A DNA stretch of 63,958 nucleotides, the filler included, from Blastocystis sp. subtype 4 (Eukaryota), in assembly GCF_000743755.1 (NCBI RefSeq). It is 5 parts of 5 records of this genome, joined end to end, with 100 filler letters (N's around TTAATTAATTAA, not from the genome) between each part and the next. Parts side by side here need not be neighbours in the genome. Positions count along the whole stretch, not along the records: positions 58,377 to 63,958 come from NW_014569087.1; 4 more parts are not named here. One strand, given 5' to 3'. The notes beneath the pieces are model-generated. The model made no database searches. It was given only the letters and a program-made list of their open reading frames with translations, and had not been told where the DNA came from. Every line of letters begins with the position of its first letter. The stretch's first letter is position 1. Below, in pieces: positions 63,882 through 63,958 of this stretch. The translations under genes were made by a program, and so were the position numbers.

Positions 63882-63958
63882 TTAGACCTTGAATCCTCTG
63901 CTTGAACGACGACCACGAGCTCTCTCGAACTTACGACCCTTCGATCTCACATAGGGCT
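63882..63958 (-). CDS. RPL18: 60S ribosomal protein L18, C-terminal end
   Basis: PYVRSKGRKFERARGRRSSRGFKV*. Confidence 0.92.
   Translation of the reverse strand, partial: PYVRSKGRKFERARGRRSSRGFKV

Overview
Gene-dense eukaryotic DNA with intergenic spacers often under 100 bp, many ~30-nt GT-AG introns and a TGTTTGTT element after most genes. This combination is characteristic of the anaerobic gut stramenopile Blastocystis (inference from architecture). The window holds about 38 protein genes or fragments, mostly housekeeping, plus one tRNA-Pro(AGG). Four artificial 100-nt N/TTAATTAATTAA linkers split it into five contigs, so adjacency across them is not guaranteed. At least six genes appear to get their stop codon from polyadenylation: an in-frame T or TA sits exactly 4 nt before TGTTTGTT, a known Blastocystis phenomenon. 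The most novel-looking item is a spliced gene at 21272-23152 that fuses a BED zinc finger to a bacterial-type Gfo/Idh/MocA oxidoreductase with degenerate catalytic residues and an S/T/P/Q tail. It is a candidate metabolite-sensing transcription factor. Also notable are a perfect 99-bp inverted repeat about 10 kb apart, several unusual domain fusions, long first introns in ribosomal-protein genes and candidate promoter palindromes. Gene coordinates are genomic spans including introns, inferred by hand.
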